Positions 1 through 8,867 of a stretch of DNA of 22,564 bases are shown here, piece after piece. The position numbers and the translations under genes are program-made. The stretch comes from Synechococcales cyanobacterium bin59.metabat.ball.084. GTDB lineage: Bacteria > Cyanobacteriota > Cyanobacteriia > Cyanobacteriales > Chamaesiphonaceae. Numbering within the stretch: position 1 is the first letter of the stretch; the number at the start of each line of letters is the position of its first letter. A model generated the notes under the pieces. That model had not been told where the DNA came from and ran no database searches. It worked only from the letters and a program-made list of their open reading frames with translations. The DNA lies in the NCBI GenBank assembly GCA_013297675.1, contig JAAFHZ010000070.1, forward strand, positions 1 through 22,564. Direction: 5' to 3'.

Positions 1-494
1 ATGCCGATCGATTGAGCGTAGGCAATCTCGGCTGCGTTGGTGCTGCCGGTGTCGCAGGTGATGATTAGCTTTACGCCTTGCTGTTGCAGTCGATCGAGGC
101 CGGGAATGTTTAGACCGTGAGATTCGGTGAGTCGATCGGGAATGTAGTAACTGAGGTTTTCCGGCAAAAAGAACTGACGTAATCCGTCCCACAAAACGCT
201 GGTGGCAGTGATGCCGTCAGCATCGAAGTCTCCCCAAATAGCGATCGGGGTTTTAGCTTGGCGGGCAAGGAGTAGACGTTCGATCGCCAGTTCCATTTCT
301 TGGCCAAAGGCGGCAGCAGCAGTTGGCTGATAGGCTGAATACTGCAAGTAGCTAAGCAGGTTACTTTCTGGGATTTGTCGTTGCCAGAGCAGTCTGCTGA
401 GATAACGTCCATCAATATGAGGAAACAAGGCGCAGACCTGTTGTTGGTAAGAGGCAGGTGGTGCCTCAAAATGAGGAAGTTTAAATTCAGCCAT
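1..494 (-). CDS. recJ: Single-stranded-DNA-specific exonuclease RecJ, N-terminal part (3' end runs off the window)
   Basis: This frame is absent from the ORF track because it has no stop in the window. The minus-strand ATG at 494-492 opens MAEFKLPHFEAPPASYQQQV...IAIWGDFDADGITATSVLWDGL...LIITCDTGSTNAAEIAYAQSIG with no stops. GDFDADG and ITCDTG match DHH-family motifs I and II of RecJ. Confidence 0.85.
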   Translation of the reverse strand, partial: MAEFKLPHFEAPPASYQQQVCALFPHIDGRYLSRLLWQRQIPESNLLSYLQYSAYQPTAAAAFGQEMELAIERLLLARQAKTPIAIWGDFDADGITATSVLWDGLRQFFLPENLSYYIPDRLTESHGLNIPGLDRLQQQGVKLIITCDTGSTNAAEIAYAQSIG

Positions 495-599
495 CTCTAT
501 AAGGTATCTCCTGCGATTCTAAAGCGAGTGCAAAACTAAACTTATCCAAATGCCAGGTTCTATCAAATTGTTACTCTAAACATGCTAGCATCAAGAACG

Positions 600-775
600 C
601 ATGTCGGTTCTGATGGGGATTCAGCCATCAGAGGAAACGGGGAAAGCTTGGTGCAAATCCAACACTGTCCCGCAACTGTAAGAAGCTTGCTTCGAGTCAG
701 AATGCCCGCCGATCGCTTGCACCACAGGCGAGTTGCACTTAAACCTATAATCTGCGTGGTACAGATAGGAAAATA
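600..775 (+). promoter_or_regulatory. Cobalamin (B12) riboswitch, copy 1, in the 5' leader of the 776..1162 gene
   Basis: Conserved aptamer core GGGAAAGCTTGGTGCAAATCCAACACTGTCCCGCAACTGTAAG ... GAGTCAGAATGCCCGCCGA (B12-box-like). A P1-like pairing joins TCGGT (604-608) and GCCGA (708-712). Hairpin ATCTG-CGTGGTA-CAGAT (750-766) sits just before AGGA (767-770) and ATG 776. Confidence 0.85.
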
Positions 776-1162
776 ATGAAAGATAAGCACACCATTTTTG
801 TCTGCGAAACCTGTGCCGGAGTCTGGAAAGACAGTCGCCAAGTAGGTAACAGCGGCGGCTACTTGCTGCTGTCAGAATTAGCCGAAAAAGCTGCTCACTG
901 GCCGTTGGCCGAAGAGTTTGAGATTGAAGGCGTAAAGTGCATGGGAGCCTGTAACCGCCCTTGCGCGATCGCCTTTGCTGCCCCCAATAAATCTACCTAC
1001 CTTTTTGGTGATCTGAATCATAGCGATTCTCTCGCTGATCTATCTGCCGATGTTTTAACTTGTGCCGCAATGTACCACCAAGATCCCGATGGTGCAATGC
1101 CTTGGTCTGCTCGTCCCGATCGATTAAAGAAAGGATTGATTGGCAGAGTGCCAAGCTGCTAA
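776..1162 (+). CDS. DUF1636-like predicted metal-binding (Cys-rich, thioredoxin-like) protein, a family often linked to cobalamin genes
   Basis: 128-aa ORF with CETC...CMGACNRPCAIAF cysteine motifs, located directly behind a B12 riboswitch. The family was assigned from memory of motif patterns, not by a search. Confidence 0.7.
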   Translation: MKDKHTIFVCETCAGVWKDSRQVGNSGGYLLLSELAEKAAHWPLAEEFEIEGVKCMGACNRPCAIAFAAPNKSTYLFGDLNHSDSLADLSADVLTCAAMYHQDPDGAMPWSARPDRLKKGLIGRVPSC

Positions 1163-1221
1163 GCAAGAATGAAGCTAATGTGCCAAGATGTTTTAAGGAA
1201 CAGCAGCGGCACATTTAGCTC

Positions 1222-3084
1222 ATGAGTAGTACACTTCTCAGCCAACCCGAAAAACTTGAAGCGCGACTTAAAGAAATTCCACCGGAGCCGGGGGTTTACT
1301 TTATGCGGGACGATCGCGACCATATTCTATACATCGGAAAATCTAAAAAACTGCGATCGAGAGTGCGCTCTTACTTCCGTGAAGCTCAAGATCTGTCGCC
1401 GCGCATTGCTTTGATGGTACGGCAGGTCGTAGAAATTGAATTTATTGTCACTGATACCGAAGCAGAAGCCCTAGCTCTGGAAGCTAATCTGATTAAGCTT
1501 CATCAGCCTCACTTTAACGTTTTACTCAAAGATGATAAAAAATATCCCTATGTAGTGATTACCTGGTCTCATGACTATCCACGGATTTTTATTACCAGAA
1601 ATCGGCGGTTGGGTAAAGGACGAGATAAGTATTACGGGCCTTACACCGACTCTCGACTACTGCGAGATACTTTGAATCTGGTACGACGCATCTTCCCCAT
1701 GCGTCAGCGACCTCAGCCACTGCACAAAGATCGGCCTTGCTTAAACTACGATATTGGTCGCTGTCCGGGGGTTTGCCAGCAAAAAATCACGCCAGAAGAA
1801 TATCACAAGACGATCGAGAAAATTGCCATGGTTTTTCAGGGGCGCGGCAGCGAATTGATCAATACTCTCACCAAGCAAATGGAGCAGGCCGCTGAGAACC
1901 TAGAATTTGAAATTGCAGCGGCCTTGCGCGATCGGATCACTGGACTCAGCTCCCTCACCGCTGGTCAAAAAGTTTCGTTACCCGATGATACGGTCAGCCG
2001 CGATGCGGTAGCCTTAGCCGCCAGTGATAAAACCGCCAGCATTCAGCTCTTCCAAATTAGAGCCGGAAAACTAGTAGGCAGGCTGGGGTTCATTGCCGAT
2101 GTCCCCGAAAATCATACCGATGTGGATCTGGGCATGATTTTACAGCGAGTGTTAGAAGAACATTATCAATATGCCGACCCAGTGGAGATCCCCCCGGAAA
2201 TTTTGGTGCAGCATCCTTTGCCAGATAGCGATATTTTAGCCACCTATTTAAGCGAAAAGCGCGGGCGTAAAGTAGCGATCGATTCTCCCCAACGTCAAGT
2301 AAAAGCCGAGACGATCGAAATGGTTGCTCGTAACGCTGAGTTTGAGTTAGCCCGCATCACCAAACAGACCGAGCGAGAAGCCGCCAGCCTGCAAGACTTA
2401 GCTGAAATCTTAGATCTGCCAGAACTACCTCGGCGAGTAGAGTGCTACGATATTTCCCATATTCAAGGCTCTGATGCGGTAGGCTCCCAAGTAGTGTTTA
2501 TTGACGGCTTACCCGCCAAACAATACTATCGCCACTATAAAATCAAGAATCCCGATATCCACATTGGCCGCTCCGATGACTTTGCCAGTCATGCGGAGGT
2601 GATTGGCCGTCGCTTCCGCAAATACAACGGTGGGGTTAATTTGGATGACAGCGATTTCCCAAACGTAGTTATTATTGATGGTGGCAAAGGCCAGCTATCG
2701 GCGGTAGTTAAAGTCTTAAGTGAAATGGAGCTAATGGCACACCTCTGCGTGGTAAGTTTAGCTAAACAGCACGAAGAAATCTTTCTTCCTGGCGCAAGCA
2801 ATGCTTTACCTACCGAACCAGAACAGCCCGGAGTACAGCTTGTTCGTCGCCTGCGCGATGAATCGCACCGCTTTGCTTTGAGCTTCCACCGACAGCAGCG
2901 CAGCAAACGCATGACTAGATCCTACCTAGACGAGATTCCTGGTTTGGGAGCATACAAACAAAAGCAGCTCATGTCGCACTTTCACTCGATCGACTATATT
3001 CGGGCAGCAGACTTAGATGCACTACAAAAAGTTCCGGGAGTGGGCGAGAATCTCGCTAAATCTATCTATAATTACTTTCATTAA
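1222..3084 (+). CDS. uvrC: Excinuclease ABC subunit C (UvrC)
   Basis: 620 aa with an N-terminal GIY-YIG region (PGVYFMRD...[17 protein letters not shown]), the UvrBC-interaction region, an Endo V-like domain and a C-terminal (HhH)2 ([13 protein letters not shown]...[13 protein letters not shown]). Confidence 0.97.
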   Translation: MSSTLLSQPEKLEARLKEIPPEPGVYFMRDDRDHILYIGKSKKLRSRVRSYFREAQDLSPRIALMVRQVVEIEFIVTDTEAEALALEANLIKLHQPHFNVLLKDDKKYPYVVITWSHDYPRIFITRNRRLGKGRDKYYGPYTDSRLLRDTLNLVRRIFPMRQRPQPLHKDRPCLNYDIGRCPGVCQQKITPEEYHKTIEKIAMVFQGRGSELINTLTKQMEQAAENLEFEIAAALRDRITGLSSLTAGQKVSLPDDTVSRDAVALAASDKTASIQLFQIRAGKLVGRLGFIADVPENHTDVDLGMILQRVLEEHYQYADPVEIPPEILVQHPLPDSDILATYLSEKRGRKVAIDSPQRQVKAETIEMVARNAEFELARITKQTEREAASLQDLAEILDLPELPRRVECYDISHIQGSDAVGSQVVFIDGLPAKQYYRHYKIKNPDIHIGRSDDFASHAEVIGRRFRKYNGGVNLDDSDFPNVVIIDGGKGQLSAVVKVLSEMELMAHLCVVSLAKQHEEIFLPGASNALPTEPEQPGVQLVRRLRDESHRFALSFHRQQRSKRMTRSYLDEIPGLGAYKQKQLMSHFHSIDYIRAADLDALQKVPGVGENLAKSIYNYFH

Positions 3085-3171
3085 ATTCCACGGGCAAAAA
3101 ATAGCCGATAACCCGACATTAAGCTAAAATTAAGTAGTCACTATCAGAGGCTGATGTTCCTCTAAAAATTT

Positions 3172-4269
3172 ATGCAAGGCTATTCCGCAATTTTGGCAGT
3201 TATTGTCAGCACCAATATCGCAATTACTTCCCAGATGGGTTCAGCTTTGGCCAGCACGCGCCAGCCAAACCAAACGATCGCAGCTAAGCCCGCTAAACCG
3301 GCGAAGCCTGTAGTATCAGATGCCGATAAACTGATAGCTTCTGCTGCTGACAAAATTGCCAAGGGCAAGTATCAAGAGGCATTAGCTGATTTAGACAAGG
3401 CGATTATCCTCGACCCAGAATCTGCTCGTGCTTACAACAGCCGAGGAATTTTGAAAGATGAAAAACTAGAAGACGCTCCGGGAGCACAGGCTGACCTAAA
3501 TCAGGCGATCGAACTAGCCCCCAAATATGCCGAAGCCTACAACAGCCGCGCCAACCTGAAAAAAAACCGTTTTGATGATGCCCAGGGTGCTTTTTCTGAC
3601 TATACCAAAGCGGTCTTATACTCTCCTAAATATTCTTTGGCCTACTACAACCGGGCGAATCTGCGCAAAAACAGGTTCAAAGACTTTAAAGGAGCCTTGG
3701 CCGACTACACCAAAGCGGTAGAAGCTAATCCGCAGTACGCCTTGGCCTATAACAATCGCGGCATTTTAAAATACGAAAATCTCAATGACATCAAAGGAGC
3801 TTTAGCCGACTATACCCAGGCAATCAGAGTTAATCCTAAATACTCTTTGGCTTACTATAACCGAGCATTACTAAAATCTTCAGAAAAAATCAATAATATT
3901 ACCGGTGCTTTAAATGATTACAACCGGGCGATCGAACTCAAGCCCGATTATGCTCTGGCCTACTTCAACCGAGCCAGCTTAAAAGACGAAAAGCTCAATG
4001 ACCCCAAAGGTGCAGATGCTGATTACACTGTTACCATTAAGCTCACGCCCCAAGATGCCGATTCTTATTACAACCGGGCAGTATTGCGCCAGAATAAACT
4101 CAGAAACAAAACTGGCGCAATTCAAGATTTTCGGTTAGCCGCTAAGCTTTATCGGGAGCAATCCAAAGATCAAGATTTGCAAGAAACCCTAGAACGGCTG
4201 CAAAAACTTGGTGCCACCGAAACAGGTGTAGCCCCACTGATTCCGGTGAAAACTCCCAAAAAGCGCTAA
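3172..4269 (+). CDS. Secreted or periplasmic tetratricopeptide-repeat (TPR) protein
   Basis: 365 aa with an N-terminal hydrophobic signal-like segment. About eight iterations of a 34-aa unit follow (A.AYNNRG.LK...L.D..GALADYT.AI..NP.YALAYYNRA). Confidence 0.9.
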   Translation: MQGYSAILAVIVSTNIAITSQMGSALASTRQPNQTIAAKPAKPAKPVVSDADKLIASAADKIAKGKYQEALADLDKAIILDPESARAYNSRGILKDEKLEDAPGAQADLNQAIELAPKYAEAYNSRANLKKNRFDDAQGAFSDYTKAVLYSPKYSLAYYNRANLRKNRFKDFKGALADYTKAVEANPQYALAYNNRGILKYENLNDIKGALADYTQAIRVNPKYSLAYYNRALLKSSEKINNITGALNDYNRAIELKPDYALAYFNRASLKDEKLNDPKGADADYTVTIKLTPQDADSYYNRAVLRQNKLRNKTGAIQDFRLAAKLYREQSKDQDLQETLERLQKLGATETGVAPLIPVKTPKKR

Positions 4270-4341
4270 AGCGGGAAGCTTTGCTCCGAGCCTTACCAGC
4301 AGGATTACTAGCACAGGGGTTGAATTCGGTGTTCGCCAGCT

Positions 4342-6735
4342 TTACTCCGCACCCAGCAACGCCTGAAAACCCTGTCCGGCAGTCCATTGCACCGCTCCAT
4401 CTCGACCAGTAATGAAAACCTTGGCACCCAATTTTTCTAGGTGCTGAATAGTTTCTGGGTTGGGAGTTACGGTGGCCGCGATCGCTACCTGGGGACGAAT
4501 GGCTTTAATGAACGTATCAGTCAGCACCCCCCCCGACCAGTAAATCGCCTGTACTGGTTGCAGCTTATCGGGCATCGCTAATTCCCGCTGTTGGTCAATT
4601 TGAATATCTCCCCCAATTAACCAGTGCTGACCACCGATTTCTAGATCAAGTAAGGGCGGATCGGCAAACAGTAAATTGGTTTTGCCGCCTAAAAGATCTT
4701 GGGCTTTACCCAAGGGAGACATATTTATTCCGGGAATTTTGAGTGGTTTTTGGGGTGGATGATAAAGCCTGTTAATTGGCAAATTATTATGGAGAGTTTG
4801 CCAACCTTTGGCTGCGGCATCGATCGCTACCCCTCCGGCGACCGATCCATCGCTACCTTCAATGCTATTGACAATGTTTACACTTCCACCTGGAGGCTTA
4901 CTGGTCTGTAAGGTGATTGCTTGATCCAGACTATTTACTGCCTCATTAGTCAAAAATGGCAGCACCGTAAAACGGGCAGTACTACTATCCCCAGTATCAA
5001 TCAAAGCTGTTTGATAATTCTTTTGAATAACTAGAATTCTTTCTTCCCGCGCGGCCAAAGCCGTAATCTTAAACTCTTGACCTTTGACCACCGCTAAAGG
5101 CACGGCAATCAATAGCACAGACAGGGCTAAAACCAACCGCCAGCGCTTTTGCCACCAGGGAAGCTGCCACACCAAGAAAATAGCGGCGTATAAAAATAAT
5201 AATTGCCATAGACGAATGCTGCCCACCGCAATATTAGCACCGGGCAAACTGGCAAACAATTCTACGATCGCCAGCAATAGCTTAGTGGGATACAACAATA
5301 ACCAAGCCACCGCACTGCCCGCTAGGGGAAAAACCCCGGCCACCAAAGCACTCACCATGCCACCAATGCTAATTAAGGTAATAAAAGGAGCCGCAATCAC
5401 ATTAGCGGGCAAAGAATACAAAGGCACTACCTTAAAAGTCCAAAGCTGGATCGGTAAAGTCCAAATCGTCGCCGCCAAAGGCACCGCGATCGCCTCTGCT
5501 AATACTGGCGGCACAAAATCTAATTTCTTTTGAATCGGCGTAGCACTCACCACTAAGCCCATTGTCGCCAAAAAACTAAGCTGAAAACCCACATCCCAAA
5601 TCCACAGCGGCTCAATTACCAACAGCACCACGGCGGCTAACAATAGCGAATTCAAGGGGCGCAACTGCCGTGATAGCAGCATTCCCCCTAAAACCGCTAT
5701 TCCCATTACTGCTGCCCGCAGCACCGAAGGCTGTGGCCCAGCCATGGCCACAAAAGCCACAATCCCCATTAGACCCAAACCAAACTGCCACTTCTTCGCC
5801 AGATATCGCTTGGTAAAACTCATGAGCGCTGCCACAATCAGCGATACCTGAAAACCCGAAGCCGCCAAAGCATGTGCTAAACCCACTCGCACAAAGACAT
5901 CTTTTACGTCAAAAGGTAAATCTACTGCCTCGTTACCCAAAGCCATGGCGCTGACCAACGGCCCGATCGGCACATCCAACCACCGCACCTGCGCCGCCAC
6001 AATTCGCTGTCGAATCTTGGCTAAATCCCAAGTACGAATTTGTTCTTCATCAGTCAAAAAAAGCTGATTCGCCCGCATCCCCGCAAAGCTACCCGATCGA
6101 GCCAAATAATTTTCAAAGTTCAAGCCCCCCGGATTTAACACCGGCATGGGCTTATACAAAGTGCCCGTCACCACCACCTGCACTCCCGGCTTAAGACCCG
6201 TTGCGCTGATCAAAGGAGCCGTCACATACAATCGCCCATCCACTTTCCGAATACTGGCCGGACTTGGATCATCTCCTTGAATTTGACTGAGCTGGTTAAC
6301 TTGTAGCCAAAACTGCGCCCGATCGCTGCGAGTTGCCTGAGGATAGCTATCTACTACCCCCCGCACCGTAGAAAACTGCTTGGTGCCTCGGCCTTCGATC
6401 GAGTTTACAAAAATGCTGATATCTTGGCTGGCCAGATGGGGCAACCGCATTTGACCGTAAAAGCTAGCCAATATGAGGACTAAGGCCCAGCCCATTCGCC
6501 AAGGCCAAGCAAAGGCAAACTTTAATCTTTTTTTGCGGCTGCGATACCAGGCTTCGGCCAGATACCACCCACCCACTAGTAATCCGGCGATCGCCCAACT
6601 CCACCAAGAATAAGAACTCACCGCCAAGCCCACCATGTAAGCCAGACACAAAAGTCCGATCCGAGCAGCGTTATCCATGCAAAATATCCAGGCAAAATTC
6701 AGGGGCAGATGAAGAAGCAAACCACAATTCAGCAC
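4342..6735 (-). CDS. comEC: ComEC/Rec2-family DNA-internalisation channel protein with a degenerate C-terminal metallo-beta-lactamase-like domain
   Basis: 797 aa with an N-terminal OB-like region, a polytopic Competence domain (many TM helices) and a C-terminal MBL-like tail. The true start may be the internal ATG at 6678 (MDNAARIGLL...). Confidence 0.85.
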   Translation of the reverse strand: MLNCGLLLHLPLNFAWIFCMDNAARIGLLCLAYMVGLAVSSYSWWSWAIAGLLVGGWYLAEAWYRSRKKRLKFAFAWPWRMGWALVLILASFYGQMRLPHLASQDISIFVNSIEGRGTKQFSTVRGVVDSYPQATRSDRAQFWLQVNQLSQIQGDDPSPASIRKVDGRLYVTAPLISATGLKPGVQVVVTGTLYKPMPVLNPGGLNFENYLARSGSFAGMRANQLFLTDEEQIRTWDLAKIRQRIVAAQVRWLDVPIGPLVSAMALGNEAVDLPFDVKDVFVRVGLAHALAASGFQVSLIVAALMSFTKRYLAKKWQFGLGLMGIVAFVAMAGPQPSVLRAAVMGIAVLGGMLLSRQLRPLNSLLLAAVVLLVIEPLWIWDVGFQLSFLATMGLVVSATPIQKKLDFVPPVLAEAIAVPLAATIWTLPIQLWTFKVVPLYSLPANVIAAPFITLISIGGMVSALVAGVFPLAGSAVAWLLLYPTKLLLAIVELFASLPGANIAVGSIRLWQLLFLYAAIFLVWQLPWWQKRWRLVLALSVLLIAVPLAVVKGQEFKITALAAREERILVIQKNYQTALIDTGDSSTARFTVLPFLTNEAVNSLDQAITLQTSKPPGGSVNIVNSIEGSDGSVAGGVAIDAAAKGWQTLHNNLPINRLYHPPQKPLKIPGINMSPLGKAQDLLGGKTNLLFADPPLLDLEIGGQHWLIGGDIQIDQQRELAMPDKLQPVQAIYWSGGVLTDTFIKAIRPQVAIAATVTPNPETIQHLEKLGAKVFITGRDGAVQWTAGQGFQALLGAE

Positions 6736-6947
6736 CCATCTTATCCCGATCGGGCGTCGATTTTATTTGGATAGCCGGGGCTACTACCGTTGAAAAAAAT
6801 TCCTGTGGGAAGGTTTTACCGTACTTTATGCTCTCTCGGATGGACAGTAGATCCAGATTGATCTCAGCCAATGTTAAAACCTGGGTGCTATTCTATACCC
6901 AGTTGTTTGTTCGTGGAGCTTCTCGATAAGAGAATTGAATTTTTTAT

Positions 6948-7667
6948 ATGCAACGTCGTCAGTTTTTGTATGGGTTAGGAATTTTAGGCTCGGCTAGTTT
7001 GGGCATCAGCAACTTTAGTGCTAATGCTAACGCCGCTGATACTCCGGGAAAGACCGCGCAGTTTACGTTACCTCCTTTACCATATGCTTTCAACGCCCTA
7101 GAACCGTTTATCGATAAACGCACCATGGAAATTCATCACGGTCGGCATCATGCGGCATATGTGAAGAACTTAAATGATGCCATTGCCAAATATCCCCAGC
7201 TACAGGACAAGTCGATCGAATATTTGTTACAAAACTTAGACAGCATTCCTGCCGATATTCGTACCACTGTGCGGAACAATGGCGGAGGCCATGCTAATCA
7301 TTCCATGTTCTGGCAAATGATGGCTCCCAAGGCGGGCGGTGAACCCAAAGGGGAGCTAGCCAAAGATATTATTAAAACCTTTGGAAGCTTTGCCGCTTTT
7401 CAAACTGCTTTTAATGAAGCTGGAGCGAAAAGATTTGGCAGCGGTTGGGTTTGGCTGTCGCGGGAAAAATCTGGCAAACTAAAAGTAGCGAGTTTTCCCA
7501 ATCAAGATAGTCCAATCATGGTGGGCGAATATCCGCTGTTGGGGAATGATGTATGGGAGCACGCCTATTATCTGACTTACCAAAACAAGCGCCCTGAGTA
7601 TCTCAAAGCTTGGTGGAATGTGGTGAATTGGGCTGAAGTAGAAAAACGCTATCAAGCAAAAGGATAA
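6948..7667 (+). CDS. sodA: Mn-type superoxide dismutase with a twin-arginine (Tat) signal peptide
   Basis: [19 protein letters not shown]...ANA-AD is a Tat-type signal. The mature part has [27 protein letters not shown] and [19 protein letters not shown], closely matching Mn-SOD signatures (Gln in the NQD context). Confidence 0.9.
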   Translation: MQRRQFLYGLGILGSASLGISNFSANANAADTPGKTAQFTLPPLPYAFNALEPFIDKRTMEIHHGRHHAAYVKNLNDAIAKYPQLQDKSIEYLLQNLDSIPADIRTTVRNNGGGHANHSMFWQMMAPKAGGEPKGELAKDIIKTFGSFAAFQTAFNEAGAKRFGSGWVWLSREKSGKLKVASFPNQDSPIMVGEYPLLGNDVWEHAYYLTYQNKRPEYLKAWWNVVNWAEVEKRYQAKG

Positions 7668-7676
7668 CCAAATTAA

Positions 7677-8660
7677 ATGAAAGTTGTTCATAAAACACCT
7701 CGCTTGCTGAAGCTCAAGCAAACCAATTGGATGCCTTGGTATGGACATTGCCTATTTTGGCCAACGGTAGGTATATTTTTGCTGATGCCGCTTGGTGGTC
7801 AATCATCAACTCTCATCTGTAGCCGAGCTAGCGGTCAGTGCCAACTCAATAATGAGTTGGCTGCTGACAATTCTAAAAGAACTATTCCGATCGATGCTGT
7901 CACTAAGATAGATGTGATCGCTACCGATAATACTAGCGAAGAATCCAGTGCCAAAATGGTACTAATTACCAAAGATGGGGAAATGGATCTTGGCTTGCCA
8001 GGTGGTTATGAAGCCAGAGACGCAGCCGCTGGTAAACTAGCTTGGTTTTTTGAAGATACTAGTTCTAAATTTATTACAGTAACCGAAAGCAGCCGATTTT
8101 GGACAAATAGTCTGGGTCTGGCCGGTTTAGCATCAATTTTGGGTGCTTTCTTGCTGCGCAAAACTTCAGAAGTGTCCTTCGATCGAGATACCGAGCGCTG
8201 TAATGTGCAACTATCCAGATTTTTTGGCTTGGTCAAAGGCCGGAGAGAAGTTTGTGAGCTGGCCAGCATCCAAAATATCGATCTGAGTGGCAGTCTGAAA
8301 GTAGCGGACGATCGAATTTTAGTGCATCAGTCTGGCAGATCGAGCTTCTTCTTGAGCGACTATGCTACTCGCGATCCACGTAATGAGCTAACCGCAATTA
8401 ACCAGATCAAAGATTTTCTCGGTCTATCGCTAGCGCAGTCTAACTCTCAACCCCAAGATAGTTTCAGTGCCGAAAGTGGCTGGATAGAGCAAGAATCTGC
8501 TTACTACAGCTCCTCAGAATATACCGAAACCTATACTACCGAGTCCGATCGCTCAGATAGTTCCTTTGGCTCATCTTGCGATAGTTCGAGTTCCGATAAT
8601 TCCTTTGGCTCATCTTCAGATAGTTCAAGTTCCGACAGCGGATCTTCGAGCAGTGATTGA
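7677..8660 (+). CDS. Hypothetical membrane protein with a Ser/Asp-rich low-complexity C-terminus
   Basis: 327-aa ORF starting 9 bp after sodA, so probably in the same operon. It has two hydrophobic helices (FWPTVGIFLLMPL; LGLAGLASILGAFLL) and the tail SSFGSSCDSSSSDNSFGSSSDSSSSDSGSSSSD. I recognise no family. Confidence 0.6.
   Translation: MKVVHKTPRLLKLKQTNWMPWYGHCLFWPTVGIFLLMPLGGQSSTLICSRASGQCQLNNELAADNSKRTIPIDAVTKIDVIATDNTSEESSAKMVLITKDGEMDLGLPGGYEARDAAAGKLAWFFEDTSSKFITVTESSRFWTNSLGLAGLASILGAFLLRKTSEVSFDRDTERCNVQLSRFFGLVKGRREVCELASIQNIDLSGSLKVADDRILVHQSGRSSFFLSDYATRDPRNELTAINQIKDFLGLSLAQSNSQPQDSFSAESGWIEQESAYYSSSEYTETYTTESDRSDSSFGSSCDSSSSDNSFGSSSDSSSSDSGSSSSD
8559..8636 (+). repeat. 39-bp in-frame tandem duplication encoding (S/N)SFGSS(C/S)DSSSSD x2
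   Basis: agttcctttggctcatcttgcgatagttcgagttccgat (8559-8597) is followed by aattcctttggctcatcttcagatagttcaagttccgac (8598-8636). Confidence 0.85.
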
Positions 8661-8710
8661 TTGATCTGATACACCTGATACATCAAGTGACTAGAATTTA
8701 TTATGTAACT

Positions 8711-8746
8711 CCTGTATCCTTGCTAAAAAGATACAGGTTTTCTTTG
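8711..8746 (+). terminator. Rho-independent terminator after the sodA-7677 unit
   Basis: Stem cctgtatc (8711-8718) pairs with gatacagg (8730-8737) around an 11-nt loop, followed by ttttctttg. Confidence 0.65.
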
Positions 8747-8867
8747 TGGTTGGAAAATAGTTTAATTATCTATGGCGGGAGTGCTGGCCATGAAGTAAAT
8801 TTCCAGGGGCTACTGTAACTTCCTCTGATTACCCAGGATTCTGACATGCTGTTTTAGTTTCAATATC

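Noticed and set aside
110-469. 119-aa minus-strand ORF from the ORF track
   Set aside because: It is the wrong frame. A different minus-strand frame across 1..494 gives an uninterrupted RecJ N-terminus with DHH motifs, while this ORF has no recognisable features.
563-841. ORFs 563..841(-) and 582..776(+) upstream of and overlapping the 776 gene
   Set aside because: They overlie the conserved cobalamin riboswitch aptamer and its expression platform. The sequence conservation is explained by RNA structure.
1175-1215. Inverted repeat aatgtgcc ... ggcacatt between the DUF1636-like gene and uvrC, considered as a possible terminator
   Set aside because: It has an 8-bp stem but a 25-nt loop and no following T-tract. 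That is too weak to call a terminator or regulatory hairpin.
2589-2912. Antisense or nested ORFs inside well-supported genes (e.g. 2589..2912-, 3180..3368-, 4699..4911+, 5084..5533+, 8006..8269-, 13416..13610-, 16045..16230-, 16572..16799-, 17544..17792-, 18618..19091-, 19085..19562-, 21812..22078+, 22050..22232+)
   Set aside because: Each lies entirely within a longer ORF on the opposite strand that has clear family motifs. Their compositions are skewed, and there is no start or RBS context.
6671-6871. 66-aa minus-strand ORF overlapping the 5' end of the ComEC gene
   Set aside because: It overlaps the ComEC start region in another frame, has no recognisable features, and lies in the divergent comEC/sodA promoter region.
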